NCBI GenBank assembly: GCA_013239625.1
Contig: MU053758.1
Coordinates: forward strand, 3,101,854-3,165,853
Length of the DNA: 64,000 nt
Reading direction: 5' to 3'
DNA from: Lama guanicoe
Taxonomy: Eukaryota
Shown: piece by piece, positions 12,130-24,400 of the stretch
Numbering within the stretch: the stretch's first letter is position 1
How the letters are laid out: every line of letters begins with the position of its first letter
Position numbers and translations under genes: made by a program
The notes under the pieces: model-generated
What the model was told of the DNA's origin: nothing
Seen by the model: the letters and a program-made list of their open reading frames with translations, nothing else
Database searches by the model: none

Positions 12130-12272
12130 TTATATTCTGTCATTTTATGGCTTGAAATCAACTAAAGGCTTGAAATCAGCTATGGTGAGAGAATGTACAC
12201 TATGGAAATTGGCAAGTACTACAAATCAGAGTCCACGCTGGGGGAGCTGGTTCTCCAGGCTTTCCCAGCACA
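12130..12272. mobile_element. MER63-like hAT relic in CCR7 intron 1
   Basis: ggaaattggcaag.actacaaatcag...gagctggtt motif; short internal duplication ggcttgaaatca x2. Confidence 0.5.
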
Positions 12273-13598
12273 GCATGGGGACATGCTTGGCTTCCTTCAC
12301 AGAGATCAAACTGAGAGGCAGGAGCGGGATCTCCAGGGCATGGCATCTACATTCTGAGACCATGGTCAGTGGGGGTGGACATCTAGGGAGTGGGATTAGC
12401 GAGCAGGCTGCTGGGAAAAGGGGGATGTTGGAAGAGAGTCTTAAAAACTAAAATCAGAGTGCTTGATGCCATTCATTCATTCATTCTACACACGTTTTCT
12501 GCTCACACCCCCGAAGCACCTAGGAATCAGAGGTGGAGAATCAGACCCTGCCTTCCAGGAGTTTGCAGTTGGTGACTGGGACCACTGTTTGTTTGTTGGT
12601 TCCACCCAGGGTTCTGGGTGGGTGGAAAAAGCAGGCATGAAGGCAAGAGGCTGTGGTGTGGTGGGAAGGAGTGTGAGGACAGCACAGGGTGCATGGGGAA
12701 CCTTCACTTTTTAAAGCCAACCCCTTGCGGCTTTGAGGCCGCTGTGGTGCTTTACTTGCTGGTGAGAACGAGCCATCCAGGAACCTGGCCTTTGTAGCCT
12801 CAACCTGGTCTGACTCTTCAGCTGAGATTTATAAACCAGGTGTCCCGGGCTGGACGAACCCACCCCAGAACCCGCTCTGGGCTTCCCCTGGACTCCCTCT
12901 GGTTAAGATCGAAGTTAGACCTGGGGACGGGCTTTTTAAAGGGAGGGGTCATCTCTCTGGGTAGAAAAGTAAATGAGGCTGGGGGACTGAGCTGGAGGCC
13001 CTGGCTATAATCTCTCCCAGCTGAATTCCCCTTGTGGTCTCCTTTCACGTCGCCCACCCATCCTTGAAACTGCAAAGGGCAACGGCTTGCCTGTGGGATG
13101 GGCAGCAGTGAGAATACAACCACAGATTGCATAGTATTGTATAGTGCAATTTACACAGTGCACTCACCTTTAATTTAAGGTGGGCATCAAAGGGGCAGTG
13201 GAGGGGCCCGAGTTCCCCCCAGGGAGAATTTCCCCTGATTGTTTCATCCCAGAGAGCCTCACCCATCACCCCAGGCTGAGACAGAACAGGTGCTGTCCAG
13301 ATCACCACCAACCCCAGCCCTGCTGCCTTCGGTAGTCCCTACTGTTTTGAAAGATACCACCCCCTTGTCTTTCCTGGTACTTGCTCCCGCAGGTCTGAAA
13401 GGTGAACCCTCCTTGCGTGGGAGAACAGAGTGGCACTCCCTGGGAGCAGCCACCGATTCCCACCAAAGTTCCACCTGCTTTCTCCGGGAGGTTCCCCCAT
13501 GCCTTCCAGCCCCATCCTCCACGCCCATTCCACTGTCAGTCCAGGTGTCCGAGGGACCCCAGTAACTGCTCTTCCTCACACAGGGGAGGCTCACTTAC

Positions 13599-13608
13599 CC
13601 AGGTCCAT
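13599..13608 (-). CDS. CCR7: CCR7 coding exon 1 (ATGGACCTGG, MDL-G)
   Basis: Minus strand reads GAGAGCGTC ATG GAC CTG G|gtaagt: good Kozak context and a canonical donor. The spliced CDS is 1140 nt = 379 aa + stop. Confidence 0.95.
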
Positions 13609-13810
13609 GACGCTCTCGGCGGGTGAAACCACACAGGAAGGTTGTGCTGGGCCTCTGTCTGGGGAGGAAGTGGCATGAGCCGCTTTTAAGCTGTGAGAGG
13701 AGACACCCTCTTCCCTGCCCCTCCCACCCTGGCTCCTCCCTCCAATCTGGCCTCACTCATGGTCTGGACTCAGGTGCCATCTGGAACCAAGGGGTGTGAG
13801 GGGTGTGAGA
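13609..13810 (-). promoter_or_regulatory. CCR7: CCR7 5'UTR and proximal promoter
   Basis: Minus strand CACTTCCTCCCCAGACAG (~13672-13655) resembles the human CCR7 mRNA 5' end as recalled. TTAAAA TATA-like box at 13689-13684; adjacent RUNX (AACCACA 13627-13633) and ETS (CAGGAAG 13634-13640) motifs; CACCC/KLF-type boxes near 13725, 13795 and 13805. Confidence 0.75.
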
Positions 13811-13965
13811 AAGTGACAGAGAGTGACGGCCCACTCACTGGTCATAGGATCATGAATCATTGGGTTATTTGCATTCAAAAAGCCCCCATGTAGGTCTTCA
13901 AGCCCAAACTGGGGGCCTAGCCCAAGGCAGGGGAGTAGGGTCAGTTCATTGATTCAATGAATGCT

Positions 13966-14245
13966 GACTCACAGACAGAAAACAAACGTATGGTTACCAG
14001 GAGGGAAAGGGGGTGAGAAGGGACAAATTGGGAGTTTGAGATTTGCAGATACTAACTATAACTAGATAACAAGTCTCTACTGTAGAGCACAGGGAACTCT
14101 ATTCAATATCTTGTAGTAACCTATAATGAAAAAGAATATGAAAAGGAATATGTGTATGTATGTATATGATTGACTGAAACATTATGCTATACACCAGAAA
14201 GCGACACAACATTGTAAACTGACTAACTTCAATTAAAAAAAAAAT
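13966..14245 (+). mobile_element. 5'-truncated lineage-specific L1 3' end
   Basis: gactcacagacagaaaacaaac.tatggttacc...attgggagtttgagatttgcagatac...gtaaactgacta.cttcaatt + poly(A). Confidence 0.85.
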
Positions 14246-14319
14246 TTAAAAACCACACAGAAAACCCCCAAATGTTTATAGCCTGAATACCACGTGCCAA
14301 AGAGTCAGAGATGGGAGAT

Positions 14320-14464
14320 GTGTCTCTGTCCTTCTCTAGACTTGTTCAATGTCACAAGGGACTACATTTCCCAAAATACTTTGCTGTCTGGCTTTGGGTA
14401 GTTCTGGCCAATGGGAGGCACTGACAAATGATGGATAGTCGAAGGGGAGGGATTCCAGGATGTC
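14320..14464 (+). mobile_element. LTR33-like (ERVL) solo LTR, 5' part
   Basis: actacatttccc...ggccaatgggaggcactg motif resembles the recalled LTR33 consensus. Confidence 0.55.
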
Positions 14465-16790
14465 TCTTTTCTTTTTTTCTCTTTTCTTTTCTTTTTTCCT
14501 TTCCTTTTCTTTTCTCTTCCCTCTCCTCCCGTCTTCTCTTCCTTTCTTTTCTTAATGATAGTTTTATTTAGCTATAAGTCACAAATGAATTTACTCTTTT
14601 AAAGTGTACTAGTCAATTTTTTTTTGTATATTCACAGAGTTGTGCAACCATCACCACAATCAATTTCAGAACGTTTTAAATCACCTCCCTCTGTTACCTC
14701 CCCCATACTCTTTAGCAATGACTCCCTATGTCCTTCCCCACACCCCAACCCTTTCTGTCTAATTTCTGTCTTTATAGATTTGCCCATTCTGGACATTTCA
14801 CATACATGAAGTATAATTCTTTATACAATGTATGGCCTTTATGTTTCTGGTTTCTTTCACACTTACATAGTGTTTTCAGGGTGCGTACATGTTACAGCAC
14901 GTGTCATTTCCTCATTCTTTTTTATGGTCCAATAATATTCCATTGTATGGATGTACCACATTTATTTATCCACCAGCAGTTGGACATTTGTGTTGTTTCC
15001 ATTTTTTGGCTATTTTGAATAACGCTGCTAGGAACATTCATGCACAAGTTTTTGTGTGGACATATACTTTTGTTTCTCTAGGATATGTGCCCAGGAGTGA
15101 AATTGCTGGGTTATATGGTAATTAGATGTTTAACATTTTGAGGAACTATCGAAATTTTCCCAAAGTAGCCTCACCATTTTACATTCCCATCAGCAATGTA
15201 TGAAGGTTCTATGTCCTTGACAAAACTTGTTATTGTCCATCTTTCTGATTCTCACCATCCTAGTGGGTGTGGTTTTGATTTGCCTTATCCTAATGACTGA
15301 TGATGTTGATAACTTTTTCATGTGCTTATTGACCATATGTAAATTTTCTTTGGAGAAATGTCTATTCAAATCCTTTGCCCATTTTTAAATTGGCTTATTT
15401 GGTTTTTATTGTTGAGTAGTAAGATTTCTTTATGTATTCTGGATAAAAGTCCTTTATCAGATATATGATTTGTATATATTTTCTCCCATTCTGTGAACTG
15501 TCTTTACTTTCTTGATGGTGTCCTCTGAAGCACAAAACTTTAAAATGTTGAGGTCAAATTATTTTTCTTTTCTTACTTCTGCTTTTCGTGTTGCCTAATT
15601 CAAGTTCATGAAAATTTATTTTTTTTCCAAGAGTTTTATAGTTTTAGCCCTGACATTTAGTTCTGAGTCATTTGGAGTTAACTTTTGTGTATTATGCATA
15701 TTCTTTTTTATTCCTAGTTTGTTGGATTTTGTTAAATCCCTTTTCTGTGTCCATTGAGATGATCATTTTTTTGGTCCTTTGTTCTATTAAATATAGTGCG
15801 TTACAGAGGTTGGTTTTTGTATGTTGAACCAACTTTGAATTCTTGTGGTAAATCACTTGGTCATGATGTATAATCTTTTTTTAAATGTTGCTGGATTTGG
15901 TGAAGATTTTTGTTAAGGATTTTTGCATCTAGATTTAGTGGGAATATTGGTCTCTAGTTTTTTTTTTTATAATGTATTTTTGTGGTTTTGGTATCAGGGT
16001 AAGTCTAGTTGAAGTTCTGTCAATTTTGCTGATCTTTTCAAAGTAACAACTTTTGGTTTTATTGACTTTCTCTATTTTTGCCTATTCTATATTTCATTTA
16101 TTTCCATTCTAGTTTTTGTTATTTCCTTCCTTCTTTTTGATTTAGGCTTAGTTAGCTCTTCTTGTTCTGATTTATTAAGGTCTTTTTCTTTTTATTAAGG
16201 ATTTGAGATCTTTCTTCTTTTTCCTAATATAGGCATTTACAGCTGTAAATTTCTCACTAAGCTGCTTTAGCTGCATCCCATAGGTTTTGATATTTTGTGT
16301 TTTCATTTTCATTCATCTCAAAGTATTTTCCAATTTCCCTTGTGAATTCTTTTTTCAACCCCTTGATAATTTAGGAGTGTGTAGGTAAATTTCTACATAT
16401 CTGTGAATTATTCAGATTTCCTTTTGTTATTGACTGTGGTCAGAGAATATACTTTGTATGATCTCAGTTCTTGAAATTATTGAAAGTAGGGTATTGAAGT
16501 CTCTGACTGTGATTGTTGAATTGTGTATTTCTCCTATTTCTCCTTTCAATTCTATCAACGTTTGTTTCATGTGTTTTTGGTCTCTGTTGTTTGGAGACCA
16601 TATATGTTGTTTGCATGTATGTTTATTCATTATGTCTTCTGGATGGATTGACCCTTTTATCATTATAAAATATCTTTTGTCTCTATGAACAATTTTTATC
16701 TTAAAGTCTGTTTTCTCTGATATTAGTATAGCCTTTCTAACTTTTGGGGGGTTACTGTTTGCATATTTTTTTCCATCACTAGGATATTTC
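14465..16790 (-). mobile_element. Old fragmented L1 (L1M-type): 3'UTR plus ORF2 remnants including the endonuclease region
   Basis: T/CT-rich tail at 14465-14552 and typical L1 3' sequence. ORF 16427..16825 has L1 EN-like peptides (AILISEKTDFK, IMIKGSIHPEDI, TITVRDFNTLLS, SIFSDH). Confidence 0.85.
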
Positions 16791-17143
16791 TTTCCACCCT
16801 TTACTTCCAGGGGCATCCCCAGCAATGGCTATGTGTTTTTGATGCCAGAGTCCATCAGCCAGACCCTACCTCTGTGGTGCCAGCACCTGTGAGTAATCCC
16901 TCCCTTGGCTCCAGCTAGTTTCTCTTCCTAGTTTCTGGGCTCTGGTAACACTACTTTCTCCCTGTGTCTCTCCAGCTTTAGGGATGATGGCAACTTTCTG
17001 CTGTTATTAATTTCTGGGTGGCCTCACCATCCCTTGTTTCCTTCTCAGCTCTTCTATCACCTGTATAACTGGCTCCCTATGTTAAATTTCTTTCATCTGA
17101 AATACCTAGAGTGGGTCTTTTTTGCTTCAGCCCTGACTGATAT
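16791..17143 (+). mobile_element. LTR33-like solo LTR, 3' part
   Basis: ctctggtaacactac...tcaccatcccttgtt...aaatacctagagtgg...ccctgactgata matches the recalled LTR33 3' end. Confidence 0.65.
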
Positions 17144-17176
17144 AAGGTGATTCCTATTCTCAAGGAGTTTAAGGTA

Positions 17177-17826
17177 TACTAGTCCCCTTTTATCCATGGT
17201 TTTGCTTTCTGTGGTTGCAGTTATCTGTGGTCAACCATGGTCTGAAGATATTAAGTGGAAAATTCCAGAAATAAACAATTTATTATTTTTAAATTGTATA
17301 CTGTTCTGAGTATCATGATGAAATCTCACACCGTCCTGCTCCATCCCACTTGGGATTCCCAACCATTGATATCCTCATGGCTTGATGATCCAGGATCACC
17401 TGAAGCAGATGATTCTCCTGACGAATCGTCAGAAAGTCATCAGAATTAGCCTAATGTTATGTTACAAGGCTCATGTCACTCACCTCACTTCATCTCTTCA
17501 TGTGGGCATTTCATCATCTCACATCATCACAAGAAGAAGAGGGCTAAGTACACTATAATAAGATATTTGGAGAGAGAAGGAGGGAGGGATGGAGAGAGAG
17601 AACATTCACATAACTTTTATTATAGTATATCGCTGTAACTGTTCTTTTGTTAGTTGTTTTTGTTGATCTCTTACCATGCCTAAGTTATACATTAAACTTT
17701 ATCACAGGTGTGTATGTATAGGAAAAGACATAGCATATGCGATCTATGGAGTTTGGTAATATCTGTGGTTTTAGGCATCCAATGGGTCTTGGAATGTATC
17801 CCCCACAAATAAGGTGGGATTACTGT
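17177..17826 (+). mobile_element. MER44/Tigger7-type DNA transposon
   Basis: Start tagtcccc.tttatcc..ggttt.gctttc, internal tggaaaattccagaaataaacaatt, end ataaggtgggattactg (inverted termini). Confidence 0.75.
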
Positions 17827-20006
17827 GCAGAAGAAGTTCAGGCTAGATTGCACCCCTGTTGCCTACAGTTATGACCAAGGCCAAGCACAACATGATACTT
17901 CACCTAAAACAAGAGAAGGAAATCCACAATTGAATAGCGCTGGAAGAGAAACAGACAAGTAGATAGAATAGCTCTTCTTCACCCCAGAGATACGTAGAAC
18001 TTTCAGTTGAGATGTAGTGTGGGGAGCCTAGCTCTTCACCACTCCCTGTGTGGTCCTGGGTAAGTTGCTTCCCCTCTCTGGGCTGGAGCTTTTGCAAATG
18101 TAAAGTGAGGGTACTGGACTGCCTAGGAGATAAGATATCTAAGCTTTGGCATCTGATATTCTGAAGTGCAGAGCTTTCTTGTGGCACCCTGCCCATTGCT
18201 TAAGCACTCTCTATTATTCCAGATTCCCTCAATGGAGGCATGAGACGCCCCCAATGAATTGGAACTCTCCTTCCCTTCTGAAGGTTTTGGCAGCTCCCAA
18301 CATTGGCTTTTTGGGATATAGGCAATTTCTTGAACTAGGTGGAAAAGACTCTGAGATTACATCTGGGCAGTGTGTTGGAAAGGAAGGGCAGGGCAATTTC
18401 AGTTTGGAACTATTTCAGAAGCTTCCTCCTGAACCCTTTCCCATATACCAGATGCTTCTAAGAAAAATTGAACTTAAATATAGAAGGCCTGTGTTCCAGT
18501 CTTGCCTCTGCTATAACTTACCATGTGACCTTGGCAAATCAGCTATTCTCCCTGGTTCTTTGTTGCCCATCTGAAAAGTAAAGACATTGGACCCCATAAA
18601 CTCCAGCCTCCCTTCTCAGGATAATCCTTATTATCCTTAGGGATTTTCTCAGTTCTTCAGCTAGGATAGCCCTGAAGGTCTCAGATATAGAGGGGCCACA
18701 GTATACAGGGCAGAACTGGAGAGCTTTGTGGTAGATGCCCCATGTCCTTAGGGGATGAAGGCTCCTCCCACTCTGGTTTCCTCAGGACTCTCAGCCTGAT
18801 GGTAAGCAGTGGTGCCCACCCCAGAAGGTGCCCACCTTTCCTCCTCTCACCCGTCCAACTCCCAACACACTTTGGGTTGGGAGCCTTCAGTTTCAGTTTC
18901 TTAGCTAGTCTCTGGGCAAAGCGATGGGGATTCCCTAGCGTTTCTTTACACTGATGGTGAGCTTCCCCTCCGTATGCCAGCATGCAGTAGTGACTAGGCA
19001 CCACCAACCCACTCTCTGTGAGAGCGATAGTACAAGAGGAACCCAGTATGACTTTCCAAACTGCATGCCATCCTTCAACGGCTGGGCAGGCCCACCTTCG
19101 GTGCCCTCCCTCCTCTGAACTCTCACCGCATTTAACTTCAGGGACACTCAAATTGGCATGCATAACAATGGTGTGTGACCTATTTTCTAGAAGAGAATTT
19201 GTGCTTCTTGGAAACAAGATTGTGCTGTGTACTTTTTGAGTGGTCTTTGCATTGCCTCAAACAGTGCTGTGGTTTTAAAAATATATTTTTAATGCAGTTC
19301 GGTCTAATTCCATAATGGGTCCCATGGGTGATATCTTTTGTCTCATCCCACTTGTTAGGAGCATGTGTTACATGCCTTGCAAGAGACTGGAAGCCAGCCC
19401 CTTGAGACCGCTGCCCTTTCCCCTCTGGAGAATCTTAAAAGTCAAAGCAGGGACTCTAAAAATGAAGGTTGCCTTACTGATGCTCAGGGGCCGGTGTCTG
19501 TACGAAGGACTTGTCCATAAGAGAGGCAAATGCATTGTGCTTGCTTATATCAGGGCATCTTTGGACCACTTGGTCTTTGGTCTTCCAAAGACTGATTGCC
19601 CTACAGAAATGGAGGCTGTTCAACACCGAATGCCTACAAAGCAAGTGCTTAGCGAACATTTGATTGACTGATGATGGGACTTCAACCTCTCCCTAAAATG
19701 ACATTGCTTCCTCCACCACCTTCTTGGGAATATCTTTCTTCTTTTAAACTTTACCTTGTTAGGGGTTGACTGCCAATCCTGGTCTCAGCAGCAGCCTGAA
19801 AAGGACCTGTATCATGGCAGAGCAGAGAACATCTTGCTCCCAGGGAATGGACCCTAGGACACCCATTTTGTTTCTTCAGTGACTTCATTCATTCAGCAAA
19901 TATTTGATGAACACTTATGTGCCAGGCAAAGTGCTGGACTCTCCAGACACAAAGAGGAAAACCCATGGTCACTGACCTTGCCAAGCTCACATGGAGCACG
20001 GTAGGT

Positions 20007-20201
20007 GTACCAGCTCGGGTTGCCACAACCAAATTCTAAGGGCTGGGCAACTTAAACGCTGGAAATTGACTTTCTCATAATCCCAGATCAAGGTCCAGCA
20101 GGGTCAGTCTCTCTCCATGCTTGTAGATTGTGTCTTCTCACTATGCCCTTATGTGGCTTTTTCTCACAGTGTGTAAGGCAGGGAGGGAAAGAGAAAGAGG
20201 A

Positions 20202-20252
<51 letters not shown>

Positions 20253-20479
20253 AGAGAGAAAGAAAGAGAGAGAGAAAGAGATGGAAAGAGATACACACAG
20301 AAAGCTTCCTGGAATCTCTTCTTATAGGGACATTAATCATATTGGGTGATGGCCCCACTCTTATGACTTTACTTCATCTTATTTACTTCCTTAGAGGCCC
20401 CATCTCCATATGCAGCCACATTGGGGTTAGGGCTTCAACATGTGAATTTTGGGGAGATGCAAACATTCATTTCACAACA
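20007..20479 (-). mobile_element. MLT1A-like MaLR LTR containing a GA-rich microsatellite
   Basis: ggggttagggcttcaacatgtgaattttggggagatgcaaacattca terminus; (GA)n at ~20183-20293. Confidence 0.75.
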
Positions 20480-20714
20480 GTGAGGGGATGGAAAATTAAA
20501 GAGGCCATTACCTACAAGCATTAAAAATATAAAAACATGCATGGGAAGTTATACACTAAATTCAAGATGGGCAAGGAAGAGGATGCCAATGGAGAGGTGT
20601 TTCCAGGAGCTTAAACTATGTTGGTGATGCTTTGTGGTGGACAAAGTTCTCCTTGTATTATTCTTTTTACCTTTATGAATTGAATATAACATAATATTTT
20701 AAAAACAACAGAAG

Positions 20715-21405
20715 ATGTATGCAATCCCACTCCTGGGCATATATCTGGAGAAAACTCCAATTCAAAAAGATACTTGTCCTTCTTGGTCATCAGAAAATGA
20801 TGATGAGTTGCTCAGATCAAATGTGTTAATAAAACCCAATTGCATTAAAAAACCCCCTGATTTTCATAGCAGCATTATTTACAATAGGCAATACAAGGAA
20901 GCAACCTAAATATCTGTTGACAGATGATTGGATAAAGAAGATGTGGTTTACAATGAAATATTACTCAGCCATAAAAAAGAATGAAATAATGCCATTTGCA
21001 GCAACATGGATGGACCTAGAGATGATCACGCTAAGTGAAGTAAGTCAGATAGAGAAAAACAAATATCATATGACATCACTTACATCACTTAAAAAAAATC
21101 ACACAAATGAACTAATTTACAAAACAGAGACATAGAAAACAAACTGATGGTTACCAAAAGGGAAAGGGGGTGGTGGAGGGATAAATTAGGAATTTGGGAT
21201 TAGCAGATACAAACCACTGTATACAGAACAGATAAACAACAAGGTCCTACTGGAGAGCACAGAGAACTATGTTCAATAACTTGTAATAACCTATCATGAA
21301 AAAGAATATGAAAAAGAATCTATTATGTGTGTATGACTGAATCACTGTGCTGTACACCATAAACTAACACATTGTAAATCAACTATACTTTAAAAAACAA
21401 AAAAA
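20715..21405 (+). mobile_element. L1 3' end (ORF2 C-terminus + 3'UTR), interrupted by a ~76-bp insert
   Basis: Peptides AIPLLGIYLEK and DWIKKMW...YYSAIKKNEIMPFAATWMDLE from L1 ORF2; 3'UTR and A-rich tail. Confidence 0.9.
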
Positions 21406-24400
21406 GGAAGACAAAATTATAGTACAGTGTGGTAAGAGCTAACTGCCTGGGGGGAGGGGCAAGCCCAGCGTGCCATGCGAACACACAGAAGGAATCAGGA
21501 AGGTTATGGAAAAAGTGGCACCGAAGGGGAGTGGTGGTGATCCAGGCAAAGGGAGGAGAGTAGTGGTGAGAGGTTGGTAGCAAGTGCAGAGGCCAGAAGT
21601 CTTGTCTGGCTGACTTTGAACAGGTTGTTCACTTTCTTAGAATAACTCACTTTGGGAGTTCAGGAAACAGAAAGAGCCACACTGTTTAACTTGGCCTCCC
21701 TACAGGGGAGCTGTGGCCTGTGGACCAGATTTCTGGCCTCTGTTACTTGTGCCCTGGTCTGGTTGTGTTTGGCACATGAGATATGTTTTGCTTTTGCCAT
21801 GTCTTTGGAGTGAATCTCTCCCTGCAGCTGTGACATGTGAAACAGAGGGTGTGCAATGTTTTTCCCACAGTTGACTGCTTCCCATGACTCTCCTTGTCCA
21901 TTTGTCCAGCCATCCATTCACGGGTCCATCCATTCAACCAGCATCCAATTACTGAGCACCTACTCCTGGCCCAGGTAATGGGCCAAGTGCTAAGACTTGA
22001 AGACCTAACAAGCCATGGTCAATGAGTGACTGATGAACATGTCAATTAATGGAAAATAATGTCTCTGCATTAGTACGTGGCTTCCTTATTTCCAAGCACA
22101 TTCTTATATCTTACCTTATTTAAATTTCAGGGTTGCTCTATTTGATAGGTTTCAGTTTTCTGATGGTGGAAACTGAGACTTTGAAGAGAAGAAGGACCTT
22201 GATCTTTGACTCCAAGCTAAGGGGCTTTTCTCACCATGCCAGATTGACGTTAGGCATGACCTGCTCAGGCCTCGCCTGGAAAAGATGTTCTCAGATCAGG
22301 CTTCCTGCACCCTGCCCTGTTCTCTGAGAATGTGCGCACTGCCTTTGGGGAAGTCCTACCCATGAACAAAGGTTTCTAAGAAGGAGCAGAGAGCAGGACC
22401 TGGAAAAAACATTTATGGCTTGGTGACCTTGAGGGTAAAGAAGAACTTAGCCAACCATAAACTCAGCCCCCTGTTATCTTAAGAAAGCACAGGGTAAGTC
22501 TTGAACAGAGCAAAGAAGAACAAAGACCTTCTCTAGAAGGTCTGATCTGGAGACACCCAAAAGAAGGAAGTAGACCTGGAGGGAGCCAGTCGGCAGAAAC
22601 TCAGTTTTGCATTTCATACAGTTGGAGCCTTGGTCAAAGGACCAATTTCTTGGCTCTATCCAGAGGGTCCTATGGCTTCCAATCCCTCTGGGCTTGTAAT
22701 TTGATGGGTAAAGTCCAAGATCACACCTCCTGTACTCCTGTCCCCACCTCCAATCCCTGTTCTGTTTCACTTGGGAACAATCTATTTCCATATGAAACCA
22801 AAGAGAGCAGGTCTCCACCAGTGCTGGGTAACCCAACAGGCAGATCGAGGGTAGACTGAGGATCCCAGCCAGACAGGGATATCCCCCCACCCCCACCATT
22901 TGAGAAAGTCTCAGCTTTGAACTTACCTTGAATTTTGTAATCAGAACATCTGAAAAAGTAGCTCTCTTCATTTCAGCATATGTAAACATTCTGTGTTGGT
23001 TTAATGCTACTAGGAATTGTAGTTGGAGAGACACAATAATCTTTTTAGGGTTTAGGGTCTTTTAAGGCCTGGGGCAGACCTCCAGCCACCCAACGGGAAA
23101 GGACCAGCACGGGAGAGGTGAGTGGTGGTCAGGCTGCAAGAAGGAAGGAGACGGCCCTCCAGGAGGAAGAGAAGGGCAGGAGGGCTGGGCACAGGCTGGC
23201 GGGAAGCCTCAGGTTACCCTGACACCTGCCACGGCCCGGTGGCGGTTTCCTGCAGCTTGTCGGGACGCGCGTGCACAGAGAACACAATGGCAGGGAGACG
23301 CTTCCTGTTTTGCTGCGTGGTTCACTGTCGGGCATCGGGAGGCAGGGCTGATAGGTTTGTGTTTTTCACATCGCCAAGGTCTCTGAGGGAAGGGGCAGGG
23401 GCAGGGGCAGGTGAGGATGGGGGCCTGGGGGAAGGGGAAAGGGAAAGCAGGCTAGCGGTTTACTCTTCCAAAACTGCTCAGCAAAACCTCACGCCATTCT
23501 AGTTTTGGCCACTAAGAGACAGGGGTGCTGGCTACACTGTCCTACTGCCGCCAGCAGCTCCCAGCTGAAGACCCTGTGTGTGGCTGAGGGTTGCCTGGAA
23601 TCCCCCACCCCTGGCACTTTGTGTACCCCAGTGAAACCTGGTGTTGACTTCTGCGGTGACCCTTGTCTTGGCAGGTGGCAAGGACAACCAGAAACTTGGA
23701 CTGAAATAGCCTCTGTGGTGAAAGCAGGAGTGGGAAGCGATGTCTGGTCTCGTGACAAGTGATAAAGGAGAAATCCAGCCTGCTCACTACCCCCCCCCCA
23801 ACACTGGGCCCACGGCTGGGCCAGTCCTGCATATTTCACAGCTGAATTTGCACACTGTAGGAATTAGAAAGCCCAGGTGTCTTTATGCTAATTCAGAGCC
23901 CTTCTCAACGGGCCCATTCACCGTCCCTGGCCTCCATCTCTGACTCTCCACCTGTCCCCACCTTGTGTTCCAATAATTCTGGGCCAACTTTTGAATTCCC
24001 TCAAAAGCACTGTGCACTTTCACTCTCCTGGGCTTTTCCACATGCTCTCCTCTCAGGCTAAGGTGCCTCTGGTTCCTTCTGCCCCTGTTAGACTCTAACT
24101 CATCATTCAAGACCCCGATCAAAGAGCCCTCACTGCCTGAAGCATTCCTGACACCTCAAGCCCACAGCACGCTGTTCACACTGCTGTGACGGCATCTCTA
24201 GGTCCGATCTGTATTATAGGCACGTCTGCATTTTCTCCCTCCATCGGGTGGCAAGTAAGTGGTACCTTATTTATTTCTCGGATGCTTAACACAGCACCTG
24301 GCATATTCTTGGTGCTCAACCAGTGGGTTGAAGCATTTTGTTGTTGTTAATTTGACTCCAAACAAGCTCCACCTAGAGCTCATGAAATAGTGGCCACACC

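Noticed and set aside
16427..16825. 132-aa ORF with endonuclease-like motifs
   Set aside because: Decayed L1 ORF2 fragment, not a host gene.
18681..19217. 178-aa minus-strand ORF
   Set aside because: No recognisable domain or splice context; such ORFs are expected by chance.
22474..23034. 186-aa minus-strand ORF
   Set aside because: No recognisable homology or coding-like composition.
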